From positions 192,001 through 256,000 of the forward strand of contig CAWGYD010000008.1 in the NCBI GenBank assembly GCA_963826785.1: a DNA stretch of 64,000 bases, in the 5' to 3' direction. This document shows positions 41,979 through 54,188 of this stretch, piece by piece (position 1 is the stretch's first letter; every line of letters starts with the position of its first letter). The notes under the pieces were generated by a model, which had not been told where the DNA came from, did no database searches, and saw only the letters and a program-made list of their open reading frames with translations. The position numbers were made by a program, and so were the translations under genes. Source of the DNA: an uncultured delta proteobacterium. Lineage in GTDB: Bacteria > Desulfobacterota > Desulfobacteria > Desulfobacterales > Desulfosalsimonadaceae.

Positions 41979-42677
41979 ATGGATGTCAAATCAATTCGAA
42001 TCGCACTGGCACTGGCGGCCGCCGTCGGCTGCTTCATGTTCTGCCCGCCGCTTGAGGTTCGGGGAGCGCAGCCGTCCGAACCTCAGGCCCGCACGGATAT
42101 CAGCCAGGGAAACGCGCTTTTGCTGGAAGCGTCTTCTCCATTTGAGGACATGATCGAAGCGGCCCTCGCGGGAAACGGAAGCGGCGTTCAAAAAGCACTT
42201 GCCAGCTATGGCCGCATGGCCGCCAAAGTTCCCGACGCCCTGCCCGCGGCTGCCCGGCCGGATCTGGAAAAAAGGGTGGCGCAGATCCGTGACGCCGAAG
42301 CCCGGAAGGATCTGCAGGCCGTGGCTGAAAACGCGGTGGAGGCGTACCGGATTCTGATCAATGGGCTCAATCCGTTACAGGCCGCCGTTCCCGTTTCCGT
42401 TTCGCAGCTCGACTACGTCGGCTTCAAACAGCGGGTCCTTCTGCACGCCCAAAACACCGACTGGGCCGCCCTTTCCGAAACCGTCCGGACGGCACAGCAG
42501 AACTGGCAGTCCTTGTCGCCGCTGATTCATGACAGCGGGCTTCGGGACGCCGTGCAAACCATGATCAACGGCATGGAAGCGGGCATCTCCCTCAAGCACC
42601 CGGCGATGGCTGAGTTTGCCGCCCGAATGGACCTTGCGCTGGTCGATCTGATAGAAAATTATTTTACCCGGGGTTGA
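41979..42677 (+). CDS. Hypothetical exported helical protein
   Basis: GGGAG RBS, signal peptide, host-like codon usage. Confidence 0.6.
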   Translation: MDVKSIRIALALAAAVGCFMFCPPLEVRGAQPSEPQARTDISQGNALLLEASSPFEDMIEAALAGNGSGVQKALASYGRMAAKVPDALPAAARPDLEKRVAQIRDAEARKDLQAVAENAVEAYRILINGLNPLQAAVPVSVSQLDYVGFKQRVLLHAQNTDWAALSETVRTAQQNWQSLSPLIHDSGLRDAVQTMINGMEAGISLKHPAMAEFAARMDLALVDLIENYFTRG

Positions 42678-42684
42678 ACGTAAG

Positions 42685-42950
42685 AAACTCCCGACCCCGC
42701 TGCGCGGTATTTATACAGGAAGGAGCTTTCGAATCGTAACAGCCGTCGTCCGTACACCCCCCTTTTATTCCCCCCTCAAGGGGGGACTCATTTTTGTGTA
42801 CCCCTTACTCTCTTTTTGTTCTCCCCTGCGAGGAGGGACTTTTTTTTATTCCCCCCTCTCAGGGGGGACCAAGGGGGGTGTTGGACCTGCAGATAACGAA
42901 GTAAATGAAACCACTTAATCTGTTTGCCGGGTTAAGTGCTTTGGAAGGTC
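42685..42950 (+). repeat. Composite dispersed repeat (conserved arms + hairpin array)
   Basis: CCCCGCTGCGCGGT...GCCGTCGTCCGTACACCCCCC [hairpins] GGGGTGTTGGACCTGCAGATAAC...TTGCCGGGTTAAGT. Confidence 0.7.
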
Positions 42951-42962
42951 AAAGATTTTCTA

Positions 42963-44546
42963 TTAGTTGTGCCCGCCCGTTTTGGGCGGCCGGTCCGCCC
43001 TGCCGGGGAGCAGAAATATCAGGGGGATGGTGCACAGAAAAAGAATGCCGAAGACGATGGACACGTCATTGTAGGCCATCATGGTCGCCTGGCGGTTGAT
43101 GATCCGGTCGGTGAGGGCATAGATGGCATGCTGCATGGCGGCGGGATTCAGTCCGGAATGACCCAGCGCGTTTTCGGCAATACGGCGGTATTCAGTGTAA
43201 ACCGGGTTGAAGACATTGACGTGATCCACCATGTAGGCCCGATGGATCTGCTGCCCCCGGGCCACCAGGGTGGCGGCCAGCGCATATCCGATATTGCCGC
43301 CGATCCGGCGCGCCAGGGTGTAGACGCTGGTGGCGTCGGTCATGTCCGGTCTGGGCACCATGGCCAGCGACACGGTACTCAGCGTGACGAACATGAAGGG
43401 CATGCCCACCCCCATGATCAGCAGCGTGGGGACCAGGTTCCAGAATCCCGCCGCCAGCGACAGTTTGGACAGGTCCTAATAGGCCCAGAAGGTGATCACC
43501 ACCCCGACCAGCACCAGCACCCGTGCATCCACACGGTTGTAAAGCCGGCCGACGATGGGCATGAACAGCATGAGCATCGCCGCGCGGGGGGCGAGCACCA
43601 TTCCGGCCTCCAATGCCGGGTATCCGAGCAGATTCTGGGTAAACTGGGGCAGGATAAAGGTGGTGCCGAACAGCGCCACTCCGAAGATGATCCCCATGGC
43701 CGAACCGATGGACAGGGGTATATTCTTCAAGATGCGGAAATTGATCACCGGCTCCGGGATTTTCATCTCCCACCAGACCAGGAACAGTGCGGTCACCGTA
43801 CCCACAATGGTCCCCATGACGATCATGTTCGATTCGAACCAGTTTTCGCTCTGTCCCCGCTCCAGCACCACCTGCATGGTGGTCAGGGCAACGGACAGCA
43901 GGGCGATTCCCACCCAGTCGATTTTTTTGACCCCCCGGCGCAGGTAGGCCGGATCATGGACGAAGGCACCGACCATCAGCATGCCCACAACGCTGACCGG
44001 GATGTTGATGAAAAAAATCCATGGCCAGCCGTAATGGTCCGTGAGCCAGCCCCCCAGAATCGGCCCCACGGCCGGGGCCAGCACCACCCCCATGCCGAAG
44101 ATGGCCATGGCCATCCCCTGCTCCTCCTGGGGAAAGGATTCCCGCAGGATGGCCTGGGATATGGGGATCAGCGCCCCGCCGCCGATTCCCTGGATGACCC
44201 GGTAGACCAGCATCTGGTGAAAGGTGGTGGCTGTGCCGCACAGGATGGATCCGACCGTGAACAGCCCGAAGGACCACAGGTAGAGCCGTTTCCGGCCGAT
44301 CAGCGTACTCCACCAGCCGGACATGGTCACCATGATGATTTCGGCGATGCTGTAGGCGGTGGCCACCCAGGTGATGGCGGACAGGTCCTCGCTGAAGCTG
44401 CCCATCATGTGCGGCATGGACACATTGACCACGCTGATGTCCATGACCGCCATGAACGCGCCGAACATGACGGTGATGGCCACGACCCACTTATTGACCT
44501 CTACCAGGGGGGCTGAAGCGGGAGGGGGTTGATTTGCCGAATTCAT
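42963..44546 (-). CDS. DHA2/EmrB-family efflux MFS transporter with in-frame TAG at 43476-43478
   Basis: DISVVNV, RVIQGIGGG, GPILGG, FFINIP; the frame continues unchanged after TAG. Confidence 0.88.
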
Positions 44547-44550
44547 GGGG

Positions 44551-45771
44551 TCAGACGCCGGCCGCACCGGCCTTTGCCGGCGGCGCCGATTTTTCTCCGC
44601 CGACATCGGCAGTGATGTTGACTTCCGGCACCACCGACATGCCCGGAGCGAGCAGGAGATTGTCCATTTCCGTTGACGGATCGAAAACGATCTTTACCGG
44701 TATGCGCTGGACCACCTTGACATAGTTGCCGGTGGCGTTTTCCGGGGGGAGAAGGCTGAAGCGAGATCCCGTCCCGTGCTGAAAGCTGTCCACATGACCA
44801 TGCAGGGTCAGGTCCGGATACGCATCCACATGGATGATGGCCGGCTGCCCCTTCCGCATGCGGGTCAGCTGCGTTTCCTTGTAATTTGCCGTCACCCATC
44901 TGTCCCGGGTCACCAGGGCCATCAGCGTTTGGCCCACCTGAACGAAGGTACCCGGCTCCACCGCCTTTTTGGTGACAAACCCGTCTTCGGGCGCATGGAT
45001 TTTGGTATATGACAGGCTGAGTTCGGCCTGCTGCATCCGGGCGCCGGCCTGATCGACATCGGCTTTGGCGGCTTCCACCCGGGCAGCAGACTGGCGGCGG
45101 GCATCTGCGGCGGAGTTCACGGCCGCTTCGGCCTGCTGCACCATGGCATCGCGGGTATCGACATTCTTGCGGGCGGCGGCCAGCTGGGCCGCTGACACCT
45201 GCTCCGCAGCCACGGCATGGTCCAGCTGCTGCCGGGCAATGTTGTTGGTCTTGGCCATTTTTTCGGCGCGCTTCAGATCGACCAGGTCGCGTTCATGAAC
45301 GGCCTCTGCAGATGCCACTTCAGTTTTGGCCTGGGCCAGGGTCGATCTGGCGATGGCGAGCTGGGCCAGGGCCTCATCATACTGGCTTTTCGCCAGGGCC
45401 TCGCCCGCCTGCGCGGCCTGCATTGCCGCCCGGGCCGATTCCAGCGCCGCCCGGGCGGCATTCAGACCGGCCTGGAGGTCGTTGGGGTCGACTTCGACCA
45501 GCAGGTCGCCGGCCTTCACCTGCTGATTGTCCTTGACGAGAACCCGGGTCACATGTCCGTTCACCCGGGGGCTGACCGCCACGATATGGCCGTCGATAAA
45601 GGCATCATCAGTGGATTCATACGCAATGGCATGCAGGTAATAGGGAATGCCGAACGCCAGCCCCGCGATGATCAGGGCCGCCAGGGACAAGCGCAGAAGC
45701 AGGCGGCGGCGGTTCATGGGTTTGGGTATTGGGCTGCCGCCTTCGTCTGAATTCGTTTTTGTCTCTGCCAT
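44551..45771 (-). CDS. EmrA/HlyD-family membrane fusion protein
   Basis: STDDAF, ANYKETQL, FSLLPPENATGNYVKVVQR. Confidence 0.93.
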   Translation of the reverse strand: MAETKTNSDEGGSPIPKPMNRRRLLLRLSLAALIIAGLAFGIPYYLHAIAYESTDDAFIDGHIVAVSPRVNGHVTRVLVKDNQQVKAGDLLVEVDPNDLQAGLNAARAALESARAAMQAAQAGEALAKSQYDEALAQLAIARSTLAQAKTEVASAEAVHERDLVDLKRAEKMAKTNNIARQQLDHAVAAEQVSAAQLAAARKNVDTRDAMVQQAEAAVNSAADARRQSAARVEAAKADVDQAGARMQQAELSLSYTKIHAPEDGFVTKKAVEPGTFVQVGQTLMALVTRDRWVTANYKETQLTRMRKGQPAIIHVDAYPDLTLHGHVDSFQHGTGSRFSLLPPENATGNYVKVVQRIPVKIVFDPSTEMDNLLLAPGMSVVPEVNITADVGGEKSAPPAKAGAAGV

Positions 45772-45933
45772 TTACACGTACTTTCCCCGGTTTTCCCGCC
45801 GCCCTTCAGGACCGGCAGGGATGAACTGCATTGGTAAATGATGAATCGTGACAAAAAATACACAGATGCAGCCGCAGCGTCAAGTCGATAAACCCGCGGC
45901 CATTGGCGGCTTCTATTTTGAAGCCTCTGGGAT

Positions 45934-47607
45934 TTAAGGTAAAATCAGGATGGAGGTAGCGCCAGGATCGGCATGAATCTTCAACCGGCGGGCATCGGGC
46001 AGGACAAGGTGCAGGGTGCAGGGCCGGGTCCCGGTGTTGCGAAGGATCATCCGCCCATGGCCGATCGGCCGTATCCATGCCGTGGTGCCCCGCATCCGTT
46101 TGATCGCTGCATTTTGCGTCCGCAGGGTCCAAGTACCGCCTGAAATTGCCATCGCCGGTTCTTCGGCAAATTCGGATCGATTGCCCACCACACCGCGGCA
46201 GCGGCTTTCATCTCCGGCCAGCACATGGTAATTCAGCTCCGCCGGTAAAGCGGAAAGCAGGGTCGATAGATTTTCGGTGGCGACAAAGACCGCTTCCGGT
46301 CCGGCGAGCAGTTTGGCCGCCTCCCCTGGATTCAGGCAAAGCCGGTTGACCCCCAGCCGATATTGCAGGTCATCGGAAAAGATGAAGCTCAACGGGAAAA
46401 AAGGTCCGCAGTCGGCTTCCAGGCGTTGTGCAAACTCCCGGTTGGCCAGGCCCCGGGCCACCATGGGATTGCCGGCCCGGGGAACAGCCAGGTACCAGGA
46501 TTCATAGAGGAGAAACAGGAGTGTGAATGCAGCCAGGGCCGACCACCGGCGAAAGCGCCAGGATTGGGACCAACGGCCCAGTAAACGACCCTCCAGGATG
46601 GCCACCGCGGGCAAAAGCGGGAACACCAGGTCCCCCCGCTTGTGGCTGGCCAGCATCAGCGCCAGCAGGCCGATGCCGATTTGCGCCGCGATATATCGTT
46701 CCCCCCGCCGTTCAGAGGGCTGCGTTGCCGGATGCCGGAAGATGCGATACAGTTCCCAGAGGAAAAGCGGCGTCCATGGCAGCGCTCTGGAGAGAAGATA
46801 CAGCGGCGGCTTGACGGATGAAAGCAGCCGATGCATGTCCATGCTGTGACCGACGGCATTTCCCCACAATTCGCGCATAAACACCCGTTCGTGAAATGCC
46901 GGCCCCATGTCCCACCAGGCCATTGCCGCCCATCCGCCCGCCAGGACAAGCGGAAGAATCACCCCGTGCCACCAGGTCCGGGGGAGCCCTCTGGCGGCAG
47001 CACTGCTGCGATTCCAGAAAACGGCGGACAGCCCGGCAAAGCCCAGCAGGATGGCAAACGGCCCCTTGGTCAGCGTGCCCAACGCCGCCCAAAGCCAGGC
47101 CCACCACCATCCCCGGCCCTTCTCCCATGCCCGCCAGGCCTGCCAGGCGCAGAGCACCACAAACCCCGTAAACAGGCCGTCGGTGCGCACCAGCGCGGTC
47201 TGCTTGATGGCGGCATTGGTGGCCAGGTAGCAAAGGACCGCAAGCCAGGCCGAGTGCTCATCCGATGCCAGGTCCAGGGTCCAGCGCCAGATCCCCCAGG
47301 CGGCGATAACCGTCCCCAGCAGCGCGGGCAGCGCATAGGAGAAGCGGCCGGCCCCCAGCATCAGGACGACCAGGGCGCCGAGCCAGTTATAGAGCGGCGG
47401 CTTGCTTTCCACCCCCCCGATGTTGTCCACCTGGCAGATCCAGTTTCCATTGTAGGCCGCATCCAGGATATAGGCGCAGACCTTGACCTGATCCCGGTTG
47501 CGCAGGTCATCCGGGGTGGCCATGCGCAGAAGAAAAGCGCCCCCTGCCAGCAGAAAAATGATCAGCGCTGCCCGGAGGCCCGGTTTGATTCCGATTTTTA
47601 GCGGCAT
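45934..47607 (-). CDS. ArnT/PMT-family membrane glycosyltransferase
   Basis: ESKPPLYNWL, RTDG, LTKGP; multiple TM segments. Confidence 0.8.
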   Translation of the reverse strand: MPLKIGIKPGLRAALIIFLLAGGAFLLRMATPDDLRNRDQVKVCAYILDAAYNGNWICQVDNIGGVESKPPLYNWLGALVVLMLGAGRFSYALPALLGTVIAAWGIWRWTLDLASDEHSAWLAVLCYLATNAAIKQTALVRTDGLFTGFVVLCAWQAWRAWEKGRGWWWAWLWAALGTLTKGPFAILLGFAGLSAVFWNRSSAAARGLPRTWWHGVILPLVLAGGWAAMAWWDMGPAFHERVFMRELWGNAVGHSMDMHRLLSSVKPPLYLLSRALPWTPLFLWELYRIFRHPATQPSERRGERYIAAQIGIGLLALMLASHKRGDLVFPLLPAVAILEGRLLGRWSQSWRFRRWSALAAFTLLFLLYESWYLAVPRAGNPMVARGLANREFAQRLEADCGPFFPLSFIFSDDLQYRLGVNRLCLNPGEAAKLLAGPEAVFVATENLSTLLSALPAELNYHVLAGDESRCRGVVGNRSEFAEEPAMAISGGTWTLRTQNAAIKRMRGTTAWIRPIGHGRMILRNTGTRPCTLHLVLPDARRLKIHADPGATSILILP

Positions 47608-47789
47608 ATTTGCTTACAGATTCAGCCTTGAACCGTTGATATCTGATTTTTCCGGGTGCCGGACAGACACATGCCCTGTTTCGGCCCGCGCAAGGTATTC
47701 TTCATCGATAATTTATGAACATGATGATCAACGGATGCAAAAGACGAAACGAAAAGAAGGGAAAAAGATGACGGCTGTGGGGGGAAGTT

Positions 47790-48390
47790 TCAGGAGTGGT
47801 GGAGGTTCGACAATGCCTGGTCTATTTTTTTCTCGAATCGCAAAATCCGGTCCCCGGTCAACTTTTCACTCCTGTACAGCGAAAGGTATTTCAATCTGCT
47901 CTTTTTCGCACATGCGCCCAGCAGGGCCAGCTTCAGAACCTTTCTTACCGGCCGGCGCATGATCAGATGATCCACCCACCAGGGGGCGCCCAGGGAGGTG
48001 ACCGCCACCAGCTATTTTCAGTTTTTCGAGCCGGGGCGTTATCGGTCCGAAGTCGTTTGCATGATCGTAGGCGATGCCGGGGCCCCAGACGCGGTCGAAC
48101 CACCCTTTGAGGATGGCCGGAAAGCCGAACCACCAGGTGGGAAAGACCAGGATGAGCGCTTCGGCCCCCAGCAGCCGGTCCACCTCTCCGGCCACCGCGG
48201 AGGCGTCATAGGGGTTCTGGTAATAGGTGCTGCGCTCCTGTTTGGTCAGGACCGGCTGGAAATTCTGCGCATAAAGGTCTTCCAGGATGACCTCGTGCCC
48301 CAAATCACCCAGCCTGCGGACAACCCTTCGGGTCAGACGCATGCACAGGCTTTCGGATACGGGATGTGAGGAAACGACGAGACACTTCAT
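47790..48390 (-). CDS. NAD(P)H dehydrogenase (quinone), flavodoxin-like fold; frameshift near 48010
   Basis: SHP, DLY..F.P, FPTWWFGFPAILKGWFDRV. Confidence 0.85.
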
Positions 48391-48397
48391 CGATTCA

Positions 48398-48799
48398 TCA
48401 TGCACTTTCATCCACGGCGCTCAGGTTGTTCTCATCAAAAACCTGTTTGGCGATAAAAAGTCCGTTCAGCGCCGCGGGAAACCCCGCGTAAACTGCCATC
48501 TGCATCATCACTTCCACGATCTCCCGCGGCGTCCAGCCGATATTGATCGCATTGTTCACATGCCCCTTGAGCTGGGGCCCGGCGGTGCCCAGGGCGGTCA
48601 AAGCCGCCACCGTGCAGATCTGGCGGGTTTTCAAATCCAGCCCGGGCCGGCTGTAAATGTCGCCGAAGGGAAATTCGATGGTCAGATCCGCAAAATCCGG
48701 GGCAATATCCTTTAACGATTCGATCAGCCGATCGGGCTGCTTCTCATCGAACTGGGCCAGCTTCTGATATCCCCGTTCATATCTTTCCGATTTCATCAT
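48398..48799 (-). CDS. Carboxymuconolactone decarboxylase family protein
   Basis: FGDIYSRPGLD, QMAVYAGFPAALN. Confidence 0.9.
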   Translation of the reverse strand: MMKSERYERGYQKLAQFDEKQPDRLIESLKDIAPDFADLTIEFPFGDIYSRPGLDLKTRQICTVAALTALGTAGPQLKGHVNNAINIGWTPREIVEVMMQMAVYAGFPAALNGLFIAKQVFDENNLSAVDESA

Positions 48800-51798
48800 C
48801 TCTCCTTGTTTTGTAAATTTCACGAGCCGTCTTCATGCGCGGCCGCATCCGGGGCCGAAAGCAGGTCGATGAGTTCCTCGGAGGAGAAGGTTTTAAGCAG
48901 ACCCGGATCATCTTCGGCGATAACTCATCCATGAGGTTTTTCTTACGGGCGATAATGGCGGAAATCTTTTCTTCCAGGGTTCCCTCGGTGACCAGCTTGA
49001 ACACCTGCACACCCCGTTTCTGACCGATCCGGTGCACCCGGTCCGTGGCCTGATCTTCCTTGGCGGCATTCCACCAGCGGTCATAATGGATCACAACCGA
49101 GCCGGCGGTCAGGTCGATCCCCGTGCCGCCGGCCTTCAGGCTCCCGACGAATACCCGGCAATCCGGATCTTATTGAATCTGGATCGATCTGCTTCCGCCG
49201 TTTCCGGGTCTGGTCCCGGTAAGGGTCGCATACCCGATGTCGCTTGCGTCTCAGGTAATCGGCGATCATGTCGATCATTGTCAACAAACTGGCTGTACAC
49301 CACCACCTTCTGTCCGTTGTCCAGGCACTCGTCCAGAAGTTCCAAAACAGGTCCCACTTTCCGGAATCGAGCTGTTCCGCCGGTCGTTATCCACGGTTGT
49401 CCTTGACGAGTGCAGGATGGTTGCAAATCTGCTTGAGCAGCATCAGCAGGGCAAAAATGTGGATATAGTCGATGCGGCTTTTTCCGCTTTGCAGGTCTTT
49501 CCGGATCCGCCCCCCGGTCCGTCCACTGGCTTCCCGGTACAGGCGGACCTGGATATCGGTCAGGGTGCAGTAACGGATGTCTTCTATTTTTTCAGGAAGT
49601 TCCGATAAGACGGATGTCTTCATCCGGCGCAGGGTAAAGGGGGAAATCAGGCGGCGCAGTTCCCGGCGTCTTTTTGGCATCGAAGAAGATGAATCCGCAC
49701 CGTAGCGAAAGGCGAAACGATCGTCCTCCCCCAGAAATCCCGGCAGCACCAGGTCCATCAGCGCCTTGAGCTCGGTGAGCCGGTTCTCGACAGGTGTCCC
49801 GGTGACGCCGATCTTGATTTCCGCCCGGATAGCGCTTGCCGCCTTGTATGAGAGGGTATCCGCGTTTTTAATGGACTGGGCTTCATCAAAGGCAGCCAGG
49901 GCAAAGATTTTTTCGGATAAAACCCCGGCATCCCGAAGCAGTATCCCATAGGAAGTGATCATCACCCGGCCGGGGACAGCCCTGGAAGGAAATTCCCGAT
50001 TGTACCCGTGATATACAACCGGCTTCAGGGCCGGCGCATGCTGCTGAATTTTTCGTTCCCAGTGGGAGATCACCGTGGTCGGGCAGACCACCAGGAAGGG
50101 TTGGTCGACTTTCCGCTCTTCCAGCAGCCAGACCATCAGCGCCATCACCTGGTGCGTCTTGCCCAGTCCCATATCGTCGCACAACAGTCCGCCGAACCGG
50201 TTTTCATACAGGAAGGTCAGCCATTCCACGCCATACTTCTGATAATCCCGCAGGGGGGAGGAAAGGCCGGCCGGCTGTGTAAATGCCGCCGGAGATTTGA
50301 GTTCCAGCAGAGCGGCCAGATCCTGTGCACCTGCAGTATTACCCGAGATCATCACGGGTTTGTCCGTTGCGGCTTTTAACCTGAACAGGTCCAGCCGGGA
50401 CAGCTTCAGATTCCTGTTTCCTGCGGCCAGTGCGGCAAGCACCGGATTTCCGGGCTGACCGGTAAATGCATCCAGGTCAAAGGCGGCGACATCGATCCAC
50501 CCCCGGCTCACCGGAAGGAAGCGCTTTTTAGCCAGTTTGGCCTGGTAAATGTCGGCAAGGGAAACGCTAACATCTTCACCAAAGCCATAGTGGACGGAAA
50601 GCCAGCACCAGTCCCGGTCGATAGCCTCCGGCGTGACCTCGATGCGGCTGCAATCCTTGAATACCGTGATATTCTGGATCGATTCATCGATGATATTGGG
50701 CGGGGCAAAGAGATCCCGCCCCAGTTTTTCCAGGATATCCGGGACTTTTTCCGGCCTGATCCGCCGGGTGAGTTTGCCGCCGAAGGTCTCTATGAGATGA
50801 TCCGGATCCGAAACAGAGGCGAACAACTGCTGCTCGGGAAGATAAAAGAGATCGCCGTATTGAAATTGCCGCACACGGCTGCGGTCGATGGCGGCTGTAT
50901 TTCCTTTTCCATCCGAAAAAAGGAAATGCAGCTTGAGCACCAGGCGGTTTTGATCGTCTGCCGACACTTTCACGATGGAAGTCAGGGGATGCGGGTGGAC
51001 TGTGAAACGCCCCTGGTTATCCAGGCGGCCGGCCAGTTGTGAAATAAGAGCCGGTACTGCCGCGTGCGGGACGGAAACGGTCATCATCGGACCGAGCATA
51101 TCCCGGCAGCGGATGGAAAACAAACCGTCGGACATATCCATTTCACCCGAGATGGCGGTACTTTCCACGTCCGAAATCCGCATGCAGTGGTAAAACAGCT
51201 TAAACCAGAAGCTTTCCTCCAGTGACTGGCGCCGGGTGCGCACGCCTTTTTTGATCATCTGGTATTCGGTTTCGGTGAGGGTCGCCCGGCGCAGCATGTC
51301 AATGATCTCCCCCCTGTTAAACGGTTTTTCTTCGGGGGCGATTCCGCACCGTTCCAGCAGAAGCCGGTTTTCTGAAATGGGAGAGGATTCCGGCAGCCGG
51401 CCTTTGGAAAGATATTCGATCCGGAGGGCATCTGCCGGCATCAGCACAAGGGTTTCTTCTTCCCTGTGACTGACGGCATCCGGTTTGAGACGATACATTT
51501 CCTGGAACACAGTCGCCAGGTGAAACCAGATGCTCCTTCGAAACCGTCCGTCAAAGGCAAGGCAGTCCGTGGGGCTGACAAGGGAGCTGATTTCGCCGAT
51601 ATGATTGCAATGCTTTTTCTTCCGGTACATCCGGCAGCCGCAGCTGAAATGAATTTCCGGATTCCGATCCGGGCAGACCATGATGGAAACACCCGGATCA
51701 TCATCTGAAATATCCGGAACCAGGGCTGCTGCATTGCGGAAATATTCCAGCCGGTGAAAATCCGGCCGATTTTCCGTTTTTGCCAGAACCGCTTTCAT
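48777..51798 (-). CDS. SWIM-SNF2 family helicase; C-terminal part (48777-49400) disrupted by several indels
   Basis: CGC..CNH, DDMGLGKT, DEAQ, TGTPVEN, QICNHP; downstream fragments VVYSQF and DRWWN..EDQATDRVHRIGQ. Confidence 0.88.
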
Positions 51799-51951
51799 AT
51801 TTTCCTTGCCCGGCGCATAGGCAGAATAAATGACTGCACTCGATTGATGTGAAATCTTATGGATATTGGCATGTTCTGAAAATGGGTGAATCAGGACCGG
51901 AGTTTAGAACGACCGCTGTGCAGTGTCAAGAATTGAGCAAGAATTTGCGAA

Positions 51952-52317
51952 TCAACTTCTGCCAGATACCACCAGATGTTCCAGATAATCTTTCAATACC
52001 GCTGCATTGTTGCGTTCTTCATCCTTTGCGCTGAAAACCAGGGTCACGCGGCCGCCCCTGGCCCGCTGGGCCAGCTGGCGAAGGGCGTCTTCATGTTCTT
52101 TCAACTCCGAAAGATAGCGTTTTTGAAATGCCTCCCACTGGTCCGGGTCACTGTGAAACCATTTCCGAAGTTCATTTGACGGCGCCGCCTCTTTCAGCCA
52201 TTCATCCAGCCTGGCCTCATCTTTGGAGACGCCGCGCGGCCACAGCCGATCGACCAGCACCCGGTAACCGTCTTCAGGGCCGGGCGTTTCATATGCACGC
52301 TTTAACGCGATGGTCAT
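51952..52317 (-). CDS. DUF488 family protein
   Basis: DGYRVLVDRLWPRG, APS.ELRKWF. Confidence 0.88.
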   Translation of the reverse strand: MTIALKRAYETPGPEDGYRVLVDRLWPRGVSKDEARLDEWLKEAAPSNELRKWFHSDPDQWEAFQKRYLSELKEHEDALRQLAQRARGGRVTLVFSAKDEERNNAAVLKDYLEHLVVSGRS

Positions 52318-52528
52318 AAAACGCCTCCTTCTTTTGGCGGGTCAATGTACGGAAAAAAAACCTGATCTGATTAAAATCCTAAGCACCTGGACAATTTATG
52401 CAATTTTGGGTGAGATGCATGCTCGAAACCCAGGAAAGGTCCGGTTCAGACAACCGGAGCAAAAATTGATGTCACATAACCGCCAATATCGGCTTTTAAA
52501 ATAATGGGATCGCCTGAATCTTTCGACA

Positions 52529-52933
52529 TCAACCCGCGGCGACATGGGTGCTGGTGACTTCCGCCAACAGCTTCCCCTCATTTCCCACGACGCGCGTTCT
52601 GACGACAAAGACCTTTCGGCCTTTCTTGACAAACCTTGCCTCGGCCGAAATTACACCGTCCTTCTGGTTTCCGACCAGCGCGGTATGGACATCGATAGCC
52701 AGCGGAAATCCCCGGCCCTCTTCATCCAGGACCTGCCCCTCCAGGACGAGGATCGATGCGGTGACATCTGCCAGCCAGATCAGGGCGCCGGCCTGTACAA
52801 CGCCGAAAGGATTTCTCATCCCGTCGGTGATCGGCATGCGGCTGACCACAAGATCTTTACGCCTTTCTTCGATAAAGAATTCGATGCTGCCGGTCCTTTT
52901 GGAAGATTTGACATGTTCATGCAAAGTTTCCAT
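52529..52933 (-). CDS. PaaI-family thioesterase
   Basis: NPFGVVQAGALIWLAD hotdog motif. Confidence 0.8.
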   Translation of the reverse strand: METLHEHVKSSKRTGSIEFFIEERRKDLVVSRMPITDGMRNPFGVVQAGALIWLADVTASILVLEGQVLDEEGRGFPLAIDVHTALVGNQKDGVISAEARFVKKGRKVFVVRTRVVGNEGKLLAEVTSTHVAAG

Positions 52934-53154
52934 CGAATTTTCCTTTTTTGATAGTAGCAAAAGCAGACACGCGGTTTTCGGAAACGATCATGCTCGAAAC
53001 CAAAAGATACCGCCTCGGTCCCAATGATCCATCCCGGACAATCGATTTTGAGTTTTCCTTTTTTGACTAGATTCCATACGAGAATCTGGACAGATTAAGA
53101 TAGCAGATCTATACTGGAAACAATATGTCATCAAACGGATTCGGAGGAAATAAA

Positions 53155-54141
53155 ATGGAACACCCCATGGAAGTTCTTGAAAGTGTGCGCGGGTTTATGA
53201 AAAGCCGGATTATTTTGTCGGGCGCAGAGCTTGATCTGTTTACCCTGATTCACCGGGGGGCGGATACGGTTGAGGTGCTTTCCGAAAAAACCGGGGCGGA
53301 CCGGCGGGGGCTCACCCGACTGCTGGATGCCATTGTCACCTACGGGCTGGTGGCCAAGGAAAAGAACCGGTACCGGCTCACCAACGCGGGGCTGTTTTTG
53401 TCGGCGGATCATCCGGAGAGCACCCTGCCCATGGTGATGCACATGAACGAACTGTGGAATTCCTGGAGCCGGCTCACCGAAACGGTCATCCAGGGCAAAA
53501 ATCACCAGAGGATTCCTGTTTCCAAAAAGGACGAGGCATCCATGAAGGCGTTTATCGGGGCGATGCACGTGGTCGGCCGGGGGCTTTCCCGGGAGATCGC
53601 AAACGGGCTGGACCTGTCTCCCTATACCCGTCTGCTGGACATCGGCGGCGCTTCCGGGACCTACACCATCGCATTTCTGGAGAAAAACCCGGACTTGCAC
53701 TCCGTGATCTTCGATCTGCCCCAGGTCCTTCCGCTGGCGAAAGCACGGCTGTCGGAAGAAGGGATGGCCGACCGGGTGGAGCTTGCCGGCGGCGACTTCT
53801 ATGTCGATCCCATGCCCGGCGGATGCGACCTGGCCCTGCTTTCGGCCATTATCCACCAGAACAGTCCGGAACAGAACCTGGATTTGTACAAAAAGATTTT
53901 TGAGGCGCTCCTGCCCGGGGGGACCCTTCTGATCCGGGACCACATCATGGAAGAAGACCGGATTCGGCCCGCCGGCGGTGCGATTTTTGCCATCAATATG
54001 CTGTCGGTCACCGACGGGGGCGATACCTTTACGTTTGGGGAAATCCGGGAGAGCCTGGAAGCGGCCGGATTCACAGATGTCCGGCTGATCCGCCAGGGGG
54101 AGCGGATGGACGGCATCGTGGAGGCCAAAAAACCGGCTTGA
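53155..54141 (+). CDS. SAM-dependent O-methyltransferase (dimerisation + Methyltransf_2)
   Basis: LLDIGGASG, FDLP, GGDF, PGG.LLI. Confidence 0.88.
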   Translation: MEHPMEVLESVRGFMKSRIILSGAELDLFTLIHRGADTVEVLSEKTGADRRGLTRLLDAIVTYGLVAKEKNRYRLTNAGLFLSADHPESTLPMVMHMNELWNSWSRLTETVIQGKNHQRIPVSKKDEASMKAFIGAMHVVGRGLSREIANGLDLSPYTRLLDIGGASGTYTIAFLEKNPDLHSVIFDLPQVLPLAKARLSEEGMADRVELAGGDFYVDPMPGGCDLALLSAIIHQNSPEQNLDLYKKIFEALLPGGTLLIRDHIMEEDRIRPAGGAIFAINMLSVTDGGDTFTFGEIRESLEAAGFTDVRLIRQGERMDGIVEAKKPA

Positions 54142-54188
54142 CGGAATCGGTGACGGCTTCATGGATCAGCCGCATTCGATGCGGTTTC

